DNA from: Oscillospiraceae bacterium
Lineage (GTDB): Bacteria > Bacillota > Clostridia > Oscillospirales > Oscillospiraceae
Direction of reading: 5' to 3'
Assembly (NCBI GenBank): GCA_015068245.1
Contig: SVKU01000005.1
Coordinates: 14,847 to 78,846 of the forward strand
Length of the DNA: 64,000 nucleotides
The notes under the pieces were generated by a model. The model had not been told where the DNA came from, ran no database searches, and worked only from the letters and a program-made list of their open reading frames with translations. A program made the translations under genes and the position numbers. Shown one piece after another: positions 46,701-54,500 of this stretch; the first letter of the stretch is position 1, and every line of letters begins with the position of its first letter.

Positions 46701-47660
46701 TCACTGTTCGGATTCATCATCACCGGTTCCCAGAACCGCATCAAAATGACGGTTGATCTGGTTGGTGAATTCAAGCGCTGCATTATATCCCATCTTTTTC
46801 TGACGGTTGTTCATAGCTGCAATTTCCAGGATAACCGCCAGGTTTCGGCCGGGCTTGACAGGCACGGTCACTGTGGGCACCATTACGCCCATAATGTCCA
46901 TATACTGGCTTTCGATGCCAAGGCGGTCATAGGCAGTGTTCTCGTTCCAGTCCTCAAGCTGGACCACCAGATCAAGCTCTGCCGAATCCTTAACGGCACC
47001 CATACCAAACAGACGACGGACGTCGATAACGCCGATACCGCGAATCTCGATATAGTGGCGGATAAGCTCGGGAGCAGAACCCACGATGGAATGGGCGGTA
47101 ACTTTTTTCAGTTCCACCGCATCGTCGGCAATAAGACGGTGACCACGGTTGACCAGTTCGATAGCGGTCTCGCTTTTGCCAACGCCGCTTTCGCCCATGA
47201 TAAGTACGCCTTCACCGGCAACTTCAACAAATACGCCGTGACGTGTTATCTTTGGGGACAGATAAACCTTCAGCGTGGCTATCAGGGTAGACAGTATTTC
47301 ACTGGTACTTTGCTGGCTGCGCATGACCGTTACGTCGTTCTCTCTGGCAGCGGTGATACACTCAGGCTGAGCCTGCTGACCTCTGGCAATGATAAGACCG
47401 GGAATACCATGGGCAAACAGATTGTTGTAGGCGTTATATCTGCCAAACTCGGTCTGGCCGCTGAGATATGAAGTCTCTACAAGGCCTATTACCTGCAAAC
47501 GATCATTGGAAAAGTGGTTGTAAAAACCCGCAAGCTGCAAACCGGGACGATTCACATCATCTACGGTTATCATAATTTTTTCAAAATCGCTGGATCTGTA
47601 CAAAATCTCCAGTTCAAATTCTTCCACTATCTGGGAAAGAGGTACTCCGTTTACTGCCAT
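46701..47660 (-). CDS. hprK: HPr kinase/phosphorylase
   Basis: Walker A GESGVGKSE and the HPrK signature. Start re-called to the ATG at 47660 (MAVNGVPL..), 10 nt after SD GGAGG. The track start at 47699 has no SD. Confidence 0.92.
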   Translation of the reverse strand: MAVNGVPLSQIVEEFELEILYRSSDFEKIMITVDDVNRPGLQLAGFYNHFSNDRLQVIGLVETSYLSGQTEFGRYNAYNNLFAHGIPGLIIARGQQAQPECITAARENDVTVMRSQQSTSEILSTLIATLKVYLSPKITRHGVFVEVAGEGVLIMGESGVGKSETAIELVNRGHRLIADDAVELKKVTAHSIVGSAPELIRHYIEIRGIGVIDVRRLFGMGAVKDSAELDLVVQLEDWNENTAYDRLGIESQYMDIMGVMVPTVTVPVKPGRNLAVILEIAAMNNRQKKMGYNAALEFTNQINRHFDAVLGTGDDESEQ

Positions 47661-47826
47661 GAGTATGTTTCCTCCGAATCTATTTGTCATTAAATTCATG
47701 CTATCACTTTATTATATACAATATAAGTATTTTTTGCAACCAATCCGTAACTTTTCCGTAAATTTTATCTGAAAAACGGTTTGAAAAAATAATAGGAAAA
47801 TATCGATTATTTTCTAAAAATAATGC

Positions 47827-47855
47827 TTGCATTTTTTCCAAAAGTCTGGTAGTAT
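47827..47855 (+). promoter_or_regulatory. candidate sigma-A promoter of rpmB
   Basis: TTGCAT (47827-47832), 17 nt, TAGTAT (47850-47855). Confidence 0.45.
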
Positions 47856-47906
47856 AGTCTCTGCGCTATTTTGCGATTCATTATCACAGGCGAGGAGGTG
47901 CAGCAA

Positions 47907-48095
47907 ATGGCAAAATGTGATGTTTGCGGAAAGGGCGTTTCCTTCGGCATTAAGGTCTCCCATTCCCACAGGCGTTCCAACAGAACCTGGAAGCCCAACG
48001 TCAAGCGCGTCAAAGCTATCGTGGACGGTACTCCGCGCCATGTATATGTCTGTACACGGTGCCTTCGCTCCAACAAGGTTGAACGCGCTGTCTAA
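47907..48095 (+). CDS. rpmB: 50S ribosomal protein L28
   Basis: MAKCDVCGKGVSFGIKVSHSHRRSNRTWKPNV... is a canonical L28. SD GAGGAGGTG precedes the ATG at 47907. The track TTG at 47871 is an over-extension. Confidence 0.95.
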   Translation: MAKCDVCGKGVSFGIKVSHSHRRSNRTWKPNVKRVKAIVDGTPRHVYVCTRCLRSNKVERAV

Positions 48096-48108
48096 TCTTA
48101 TAACATTT

Positions 48109-48139
48109 CCGGTCTGCTGATGCAGACCGGTTTGTTTTT
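48109..48139 (+). terminator. intrinsic terminator after rpmB
   Basis: ccggtctgc-tgat-gcagaccgg followed by tttgttttt. Confidence 0.85.
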
Positions 48140-48200
48140 GCGGCAAACCATGACCCACAGCAAAAAACGCCAAAAGGCCAATATCATTAAGCAAAAGAAA

Positions 48201-48293
48201 GCTGTCATTCCGAACATTGCGCAAGCAATGGAGGAATCCCCATCATATGCAGGGGATCTCTCCGTCGGCTCCGCCGACGTTCGAGATGACAGC
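48201..48293. repeat. cloverleaf-type intergenic element, copy A2
   Basis: Arms gctgtcattccgaac / gttcgagatgacagc. Hairpins are cattgc-gcaa-gcaatg, gaggaatcccc-N9-ggggatctctcc and gtcgg-ctccg-ccgac. Confidence 0.85.
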
Positions 48294-48326
48294 TTATCTT
48301 AACGACCTTGCCTTTTGGCCTTCTTT

Positions 48327-49322
48327 TTACATCCAATAGCTTTCGTTTTCGTGGCGTTTTTCTCTTGTCATAAGATCACTTACCACCGTTTGGGGATCTT
48401 TGCCCTCATACAGCACATGGTATATCTCAGCGGTAATAGGTATCTCAACGCCGGTTTTCTGTGCCAGCTCCATGGCGGATTTGGCAGCATAATAGCCCTC
48501 AACCACTGCACCTACTTCTTTCATAGCCTGCTGAACCTCAACACCCTGTCCGATCAGCAAGCCGCAGGTGCGGTTTCTGGAATGGCGTGAGGTGCAGGTT
48601 ACTATCAAGTCACCCACTCCGCTCAAACCGGAAAATGTCTCGGCTCTTGCACCGAGGGCAACGCCAAGTCTGGCAGTTTCTTTGAGTCCACGAGTCATCA
48701 GCAAAGCCTTGGCATTGTCGCCGCAGTCCATACCATCGCTGATACCGGCTGCCAGGGCAATAATATTTTTAAATGCGGAACCCAGCTCCACACCGATGAT
48801 ATCGCTGCTGGAATAAACCCTGAACCTGTCGTTCATAAAAGCGTCCTGAACAGCGCAGGACAGTTCGTCACTCGTTGCCGCGGCAACACAGCCGGTAGGC
48901 TTTCCTCTGCCCACTTCCTCGGCATGGGAAGGTCCAAGCAAAACCGCACATTCCAGCCCGGTGACACTCTGTATCACCTGAGAAAGGCGCATAGAAGTGC
49001 CTTTTTCGATACCTTTTGACGCACATACGATAATAGGCTTGTTGCCAAGATAAGCTTTGATGGCCTCCGCCGATTCCCGCACGGCGAAAGACGGAGTTGC
49101 CATTACTATCATGCCGCTGTCTGTCACAGTTGACAAATCAGAGGTCAGTTCAAGTTCTTTGGGCAAGGGCACATCTTTCAAGCGGGCATTGAAGCCCGTT
49201 TCCTTCATCTGTGCAACCCGCTGGGGGCTTCTGTTCCACATGGTTACCCGGTGGCCGTTGCTGCACAGCAGAATCGCCAGAGCCGTACCCCAGCTTCCGC
49301 TGCCGATAACACTGATCTTCAC
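48327..49322 (-). CDS. gpsA: NAD(P)H-dependent glycerol-3-phosphate dehydrogenase
   Basis: (M)KISVIGSGSWGTALA Rossmann N-terminus. GTG start after SD AAAGGAG. Confidence 0.95.
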   Translation of the reverse strand: MKISVIGSGSWGTALAILLCSNGHRVTMWNRSPQRVAQMKETGFNARLKDVPLPKELELTSDLSTVTDSGMIVMATPSFAVRESAEAIKAYLGNKPIIVCASKGIEKGTSMRLSQVIQSVTGLECAVLLGPSHAEEVGRGKPTGCVAAATSDELSCAVQDAFMNDRFRVYSSSDIIGVELGSAFKNIIALAAGISDGMDCGDNAKALLMTRGLKETARLGVALGARAETFSGLSGVGDLIVTCTSRHSRNRTCGLLIGQGVEVQQAMKEVGAVVEGYYAAKSAMELAQKTGVEIPITAEIYHVLYEGKDPQTVVSDLMTREKRHENESYWM

Positions 49323-49369
49323 TGTTAATCTCCTTTATGGGGCATATCATTTAAGTTAAACAGCACCTT

Positions 49370-49448
49370 GTCATTCTGAGGAGCGAAGCGACGTGAGAAT
49401 CCGTTATGAACAACACGGATTGCCACGTCGGTCAAAGATGACCTCCTC
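49370..49448. repeat. bulged long-hairpin element related to the cloverleaf family (variant A3)
   Basis: It starts with gtcattctgagg (compare gtcattccgaac). Nested stems are gaggag/ctcctc, cgacgtg/cacgtcg and aatccgt/acggatt. Confidence 0.65.
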
Positions 49449-49491
49449 GCAATAACGGGGAATTCCGGCTTAAGTACTTTATCTTTATGGA

Positions 49492-50118
49492 TCATTGTTT
49501 TCGGAACTGATCCATGGTAAGTCGGTTTTCTTCACCCTTAATTATCCTTGCGATGTTGCCACGGTGCATAAAAATGACCATAGATGCCATTATCGTGGTT
49601 ATGACCAGCACCGCTGTACCACCTATGTCAAACAGGACACACGACAGCGGAAACCCTGTAGCTGCCAGGACAGAACCGACGGAAACGATACGGCTAAATG
49701 CTGTTCCGAGAATGAAAATGATCAGAATAGTCACAAGAATACGCCAGTCTATCATCAGTCCCACGGCCGCACCTGTCATTATGCCTTTGCCGCCTTTGAA
49801 TCCGTAATACACCGGGAACATATGGCCAAGGATAACGAACAAGCCTCCAAGAGCACGACCCTCTATGCCGTAACCCAACTGCGACAGCAGCAACCCGCCT
49901 ATAACGCAGGCAGCAACACCTTTAAGAAAATCTATACCGATAACACCTGCTGCCCAGGCTCGTCCAAAGGCACGCATAAAGTTGGTAAGTCCGGCGTTGC
50001 CGCTGCCAAATGTGCGGACGTCCTTTTTGAATATGTGTTTTGAAATGATTATTGCGCCGTTGATGCCTCCCAGCAGATAGGCAGCCACTGCTGTAAGGAC
50101 AATGCTTATGATCAACAT
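49492..50118 (-). CDS. plsY: glycerol-3-phosphate acyltransferase PlsY
   Basis: MLIISIVLTAVAAYLLGGINGAIIISK...SGNAGLTN is a canonical PlsY. Start re-called to the ATG at 50118. The 62-codon track extension would overlap der. Confidence 0.92.
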   Translation of the reverse strand: MLIISIVLTAVAAYLLGGINGAIIISKHIFKKDVRTFGSGNAGLTNFMRAFGRAWAAGVIGIDFLKGVAACVIGGLLLSQLGYGIEGRALGGLFVILGHMFPVYYGFKGGKGIMTGAAVGLMIDWRILVTILIIFILGTAFSRIVSVGSVLAATGFPLSCVLFDIGGTAVLVITTIMASMVIFMHRGNIARIIKGEENRLTMDQFRKQ

Positions 50119-50167
50119 AGTTTTAAAATTCCTTTTTTCAAACCTTACAGGTTCCTGCCCCGCAGGC

Positions 50168-51493
50168 TTATTCGTTGTCTCCCTTTTGACGAATGACCAT
50201 GCGGATAGGTGTGCCTTCAAGTCCAAACACTGCACGTATCTGATTCTCAATGTAACGCTGATACGAAAAATGGAACAGCTTTGCATCGTTGCAGAAGCAG
50301 ACAAAGTTGGGCGGACGGATACCCGTCTGTGTCATGTAATATACCTTCAGGCGGCGTCCCTTATCTGTTGGCGGCTGAACTCTTGCGGTGGCGTCTGCCA
50401 GAACATTATTGAGCATACCTGTGGTAATGCGCATTGAACTCTGGTCATAAACGTAATTGATAAGTTCGAACAGCCTTTCCACACGCTGACCGGTCAACGC
50501 AGAAATGAACAGTACGGGCGCATACGTCATGTAACTCAGACCCTGACGCACTTTTTCACGCATGATATCCATGGTTTTTCCATCTTTTTCGATTGAGTCC
50601 CATTTATTCACAACGATGATGCAGGCTTTGCCCGCTTCGTGAGCAAGGCCGGCAACCTTGGTATCCTGCTCGGTAACGCCTTCGTTGGCATCTATCATAA
50701 TAAGGCAGACATCGCTGCGCTCGATAGCCATGGTGGTTCGCAGATTTGAATAGCGTTCTATCTGGTCGTCCACCTTGGACTTTTTGCGCATACCTGCGGT
50801 ATCGATAAACAGATAGCTGCCGTGTTCGTTTTCAAATCTTGTGTCAATAGCATCACGGGTAGTACCCGCGACATTGCTTACTATAACACGCTGTTCACCG
50901 AGAATTTTGTTGACAAGGGAGGATTTTCCCACGTTGGGTTTGCCGATAACGGCTACCTTGATAACGTCATCGTCATCTTCAAACTCCTCTTCGGGAGGGA
51001 AGTACTTCACGCACTCGTCAAGCAGATCACCGGTACCATGACCGTGGACAGCGGAAACGGGTATTGGATCACCCAGACCCAAGCCGTAAAACTCGTAAAT
51101 ATCAGCGTCTATGGAGCCTACGGAGTCGCACTTGTTGACTGCCAGCACCACAGGCTTTTTGCTTCGCAGAAGCATAGACGCAACATCACTGTCGGCAGCG
51201 GTAAGACCGGTTCGGATATCGCATACCATAACGATAACATGAGCGGAAGCAATGGCTATTTCAGCCTGACGGCGCATGAACTGCAGCATCTCGTCATCGG
51301 TTTTGGGCTCAATACCGCCGGTATCCACGATGCTGAAATCTCTGCCGTTCCAGTCGCAGTCGCCGTAAATGCGGTCGCGGGTAACGCCGGGAGTATCTTC
51401 AACTATAGCTGTGCGCTTGCCCGTAAGCTTATTGAAAAGCAGGGACTTGCCCACGTTGGGTCTGCCAACTATGGCAACAAGAGGTTTGGACAT
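50168..51493 (-). CDS. der: ribosome biogenesis GTPase Der (EngA)
   Basis: Two GTPase domains (GRPNVGKS and GKPNVGKS) plus a KH-like C-terminus. Confidence 0.97.
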   Translation of the reverse strand: MSKPLVAIVGRPNVGKSLLFNKLTGKRTAIVEDTPGVTRDRIYGDCDWNGRDFSIVDTGGIEPKTDDEMLQFMRRQAEIAIASAHVIVMVCDIRTGLTAADSDVASMLLRSKKPVVLAVNKCDSVGSIDADIYEFYGLGLGDPIPVSAVHGHGTGDLLDECVKYFPPEEEFEDDDDVIKVAVIGKPNVGKSSLVNKILGEQRVIVSNVAGTTRDAIDTRFENEHGSYLFIDTAGMRKKSKVDDQIERYSNLRTTMAIERSDVCLIMIDANEGVTEQDTKVAGLAHEAGKACIIVVNKWDSIEKDGKTMDIMREKVRQGLSYMTYAPVLFISALTGQRVERLFELINYVYDQSSMRITTGMLNNVLADATARVQPPTDKGRRLKVYYMTQTGIRPPNFVCFCNDAKLFHFSYQRYIENQIRAVFGLEGTPIRMVIRQKGDNE

Positions 51494-51533
51494 GGCATGA
51501 CCATTCCTTTCTTTTGTGTAAATTAATAATCAT

Positions 51534-51590
51534 GCTGTCATTTCGAACCGGTGCTCACACCGGTGAGAAATCCCCATCTTACGAAAGGTT
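51534..51590. repeat. decayed or truncated cloverleaf-type element, copy A4
   Basis: It keeps the left arm gctgtcatttcgaac, the first hairpin ccggtg-ctca-caccgg, and the 5' half of the central hairpin gagaaatccccatctt. The 3' half is degenerate. Confidence 0.6.
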
Positions 51591-51606
51591 TTTGTTCAGC
51601 ACGCCC

Positions 51607-51678
51607 GTAGGGGGCGGCGACCACGACGCCCCGCAACAGCCGAAACAAAAACGGGCTGTCGAGGACGCCAGCCCCTAC
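51607..51678. repeat. inverted doublet of GTAG-headed GC hairpins (REPIN-like, G-type)
   Basis: GTAGGGGGCGGCGACCACGACGCCCCGC, an 18-nt spacer, then GGGCTGTCGAGGACGCCAGCCCCTAC. The two halves differ, but each keeps its own stem (ggggcg/cgcccc versus gggctg/cagccc). Confidence 0.7.
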
Positions 51679-51718
51679 AATTATCCCTGTTTCGGTTTCG
51701 GCAAATATTAATTCTTAA

Positions 51719-53029
51719 TTATTGATTGGTTTTAATGATTTCATCCAGCAAGGCTCCGCCATCGCAGGGCACAACGGTTATCTCAACATTCAGCTGCGCT
51801 TCCACGTCGGAAACGTGCATGTCGTCGAGGAAAACATCTTCCCCGCTGCGGAGCATATTTTCAGGTATCAGCATACGTTTGGGCAGTTTTTTTCCGTTCA
51901 GCTGACGGACAATATCTCCGCCGGTGACAAGCCCCGCCACCGTAATGCTGTGGCCAAAAAAGTCGTTTTCAATGGCATAAACCTCAGCAGAAATATTATG
52001 CCATTTTTCATTTGCCAGGTCAACAAGCTCCTGCAGATAGGGTGCTGCCGCCTGACCGGTGACTATTGCCGCCGGCAGCGGAGATCCTTCCGGTTCTTCA
52101 AACTTCAGTGCGGCAACAAATTCCTCTTTTAACAGGCGGAGCATACCAACACCGTTTTCAAGGTGATTGTAGCCCTCATAGTATTCCTCATCCGGCAGAG
52201 GCATACCGGCTTTGATATAAAATTCGTCGGAGCAGTAGAAGATCCTGTCTCCGTAATAATTCTTGCATTTTGTTCCGAAATCGTCCACAAGTTCCACTGT
52301 ATTCCGTGCTGACACAGCGTCAAAAGGTTCAATTTCAGTTAGTCCTTCACGATGGTCGGTCATGCCGAAAGGCACTATTGAGCAGCCCTCCACCATAGGA
52401 TGAAGTGTTGCCAGATCATGCATGGAGTTGAGCAATGCGATACCATCGTTCCATCCCGGGCAGACGACTATCTGGGCGTTCATTCGGATACCGGCTTCGG
52501 CAAATTTCTGCATCAGCTCGAAACCACGGCCGGCAAACCTGTTGCCCAGCATTTTGCAGCGAAGCTCCGGGTCGGTGGTGTGGATAGACACATTCACAGG
52601 ACTTATGCGCAGGTCGATTATGCGCTGTATTTCACGCTCTGACAGATTAGTCATTGTGATGTAATTTCCCAGCAGGAAAGACAGCCGGGAATCGTCATCT
52701 TTAAAGTATATGGACTCACGCATTCCCTTGGGATTCTGGTCGATAAAGCAAAAGATGCAGTTGTTGGAGCATCTGCGGGCCTTGTCCATCAGGTACGTTT
52801 CAAAATTGAGGCCAAGTTCCTGCCCTTCACGTTTGGCAATATGGAGCATGCGTTTTCCGCCGTCGGACGTTTCCAGCTCAAGCTCCAGTTTGGGGTCGTA
52901 GCAATAGAACTTGTAATCCAGCACATCCACAATAGGCTTACCGTTTACCGATATTAACTTTTCACCGGCAGCTATGCCTGCTTTTTCAGCAGGGCTGCCG
53001 TGATCGATAGATGTTATTACTGTACTCAC
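51719..53029 (-). CDS. DUF512 radical-SAM-like protein with an N-terminal PDZ domain
   Basis: PDZ (GSPAEKAGIAAGEKLISVNGKPI), a CSNNCIFC cluster (CX3CX2C), and a DUF512 tail. It is the usual upstream neighbour of der in Clostridia. GTG start. Confidence 0.85.
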   Translation of the reverse strand: MSTVITSIDHGSPAEKAGIAAGEKLISVNGKPIVDVLDYKFYCYDPKLELELETSDGGKRMLHIAKREGQELGLNFETYLMDKARRCSNNCIFCFIDQNPKGMRESIYFKDDDSRLSFLLGNYITMTNLSEREIQRIIDLRISPVNVSIHTTDPELRCKMLGNRFAGRGFELMQKFAEAGIRMNAQIVVCPGWNDGIALLNSMHDLATLHPMVEGCSIVPFGMTDHREGLTEIEPFDAVSARNTVELVDDFGTKCKNYYGDRIFYCSDEFYIKAGMPLPDEEYYEGYNHLENGVGMLRLLKEEFVAALKFEEPEGSPLPAAIVTGQAAAPYLQELVDLANEKWHNISAEVYAIENDFFGHSITVAGLVTGGDIVRQLNGKKLPKRMLIPENMLRSGEDVFLDDMHVSDVEAQLNVEITVVPCDGGALLDEIIKTNQ

Positions 53030-53141
53030 TTTTTGACCTCATTAAAATGATGTTTGCAGACAATCCCCCAGTCACGGCAATGCCGTGACAGCCCCCTTTG
53101 CACAAGGGGGCCTTCAATGCGGATTCTGCCTAAAAATGACG

Positions 53142-53182
53142 AAATCCTCTAAACGATGCCTACGGCGTCCTTTAGAGGATTT
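53142..53182 (-). terminator. probable terminator hairpin after rpmF
   Basis: The 12-bp stem aaatcctctaaa / tttagaggattt encloses an inner stem. The U-tract on the minus strand is weak (tttcgtcattttt). Confidence 0.45.
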
Positions 53183-53221
53183 TTCGCCAGTGTTGCACCG
53201 GCTAAACGGTTGAACCGCAAA

Positions 53222-53407
53222 TTATTCAGCCTTGACCGCAATGACTTCACGTCCGTTGTAAGTTCCGCAAGCCTTGCAGGCTCTGTGGGGCAGACGATAT
53301 TCGCCGCACTTGGGGCATGCTACGAGGCCGGGCATGTCAAGCTTCCAGTGGGAGCTTCTTCTCTTGTCACGTCTTGCCTTCGATACTTTATTCTTTGGAA
53401 CCGCCAT
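53222..53407 (-). CDS. rpmF: 50S ribosomal protein L32
   Basis: [23 protein letters not shown]... with a CPKC...CKAC zinc ribbon. SD AAGGAGGTG precedes the ATG at 53407. Confidence 0.95.
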   Translation of the reverse strand: MAVPKNKVSKARRDKRRSSHWKLDMPGLVACPKCGEYRLPHRACKACGTYNGREVIAVKAE

Positions 53408-53456
53408 GTTGACACCTCCTTGGTCATAGCTGCCCATAGGGCATTAATCTACAAAA

Positions 53457-53963
53457 TTAATCGTCGGATCTATCCTTCAAAAGCTGCGAGAGGGCAGCTA
53501 AACGTGGATCAATCTCTTTTTCACAGCGGCAGGGTTCGTGGTTCAGATCCACCCCGCAGCCCGGGCACAGGCCAAGGCAATCTTCGCTGCAAAGGTTCTT
53601 GCTGTCCAGATTCAGGACAAAGGTAGTGGCTACTATCTCTTCCAGATCTATCTTGCCATCTTCGATGGGAAACAGGCTGCCGTCATCGTCGTCGGGCAGC
53701 TCGGTGGCAACCACGGCATCGATGGGAATGCTGACCTGCTTATCAAACAGCTGAGCACACCTGTCGCATCGGGGATGCATAACAGTCTTGATTTCGCCCT
53801 GAACCACCAGTGCTCCGGCTCGGTTGATAACCTCGCCTTTTGCCGAAACCGGTTCGGAGGCGGAATGCTCGCCGTAAAAATCGAAGTCGGAAAAATCGAA
53901 TTGTGCGCTGAAGGGGACTCGTCCGCCATCAACAAAAATGATAGAAGAAATATCCAGTAACAT
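53457..53963 (-). CDS. yceD: YceD family (DUF177) protein
   Basis: C-terminal CxxxCxGLCxxCGxxLNxxxCxC motif (CSEDCLGLCPGCGVDLNHEPCRC). Classical yceD-rpmF pair. Confidence 0.88.
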   Translation of the reverse strand: MLLDISSIIFVDGGRVPFSAQFDFSDFDFYGEHSASEPVSAKGEVINRAGALVVQGEIKTVMHPRCDRCAQLFDKQVSIPIDAVVATELPDDDDGSLFPIEDGKIDLEEIVATTFVLNLDSKNLCSEDCLGLCPGCGVDLNHEPCRCEKEIDPRLAALSQLLKDRSDD

Positions 53964-53989
53964 TTATCTGTCTCCAGTCGTGCCTACCT

Positions 53990-54018
53990 ATTATATTGGA
54001 AATGGTGCTCAATGTCAA
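53990..54018 (-). promoter_or_regulatory. consensus sigma-A promoter of yceD-rpmF
   Basis: Minus strand reads TTGACA (54018..54013), 17 nt, TATAAT (53995..53990). Confidence 0.65.
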
Positions 54019-54048
54019 ACACTATTTTCATTTTTTTGCATTAATTTT

Positions 54049-54312
54049 TCAGCGTTTCAAAGCATCTGTGGCCACTTCAGCCAGCTTTTGAACAATATCG
54101 ATGTTTCTTGCGCACAGCAGCTTGCACTGACGGCAGCGGATACAGCGGTCCGGCTTGACCTCCAGTTCGTCATAACGGCGCAGAAAGCTTTCCCGATCGC
54201 CGGTCATGACATAGCTGTTCCAGATGGCAAAAACCTGAGAGATGGGAATATTCTGAGTACACTTGATGCACCACGCGCAATTGCCGCATGGTATGATGTG
54301 TTTTACGTCCAT
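54049..54312 (-). CDS. small 2x[4Fe-4S]-motif protein resembling the C-terminal Fe-S domain of Fe-S aldo/keto reductases (possible gene remnant)
   Basis: CGNCAWCIKC (CX2CX2CX2C) and CIRCRQCKLLC (CX2CX2CX3C), separated by about 40 aa; 87 aa in total. Confidence 0.5.
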   Translation of the reverse strand: MDVKHIIPCGNCAWCIKCTQNIPISQVFAIWNSYVMTGDRESFLRRYDELEVKPDRCIRCRQCKLLCARNIDIVQKLAEVATDALKR

Positions 54313-54393
54313 GGTTTTATATTTCCTTTACTTGTGTCGTTCTGATATGATATCATATTATTGTTTAATTAACAATCTTTGTTTTATCCCAAT

Positions 54394-54464
54394 GTAGGGC
54401 GGGGGCTTGCTCCCGCCGAGAAAACCCAATTGTCGAACACGGCGGGAGCAAGCCCCCGCCCTAC
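54394..54464. repeat. perfect inverted doublet of GTAG-headed hairpins (REPIN-like, B-type)
   Basis: GTAGGGCGGGGGCTTGCTCCCGCC (54394-54417), a 23-nt spacer, then the exact reverse complement (54441-54464). Confidence 0.85.
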
Positions 54465-54500
54465 ACCATGCAACACAATAAACAACAGGAGCAATCGCCA

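Noticed and set aside
47871-47906. N-terminal extensions of track ORFs (also 53408-53437, 50119-50304, 46694-46783, 47661-47699, 60954-61013, 61295-61366, 54468-54500, 55571-55678, 59694-59807, 8803-8820, 14705-14764)
   Set aside because: In each case a downstream start with a proper SD reproduces the conserved N-terminus. The extension overlaps a neighbouring gene, a repeat element or a terminator.
47814-48302. Small ORFs around and opposite rpmB (136 aa, 97 aa, 89 aa, 60 aa)
   Set aside because: They overlap the L28 gene, its terminator, or the cloverleaf repeat at 48201-48293. None has an SD or any conserved features.
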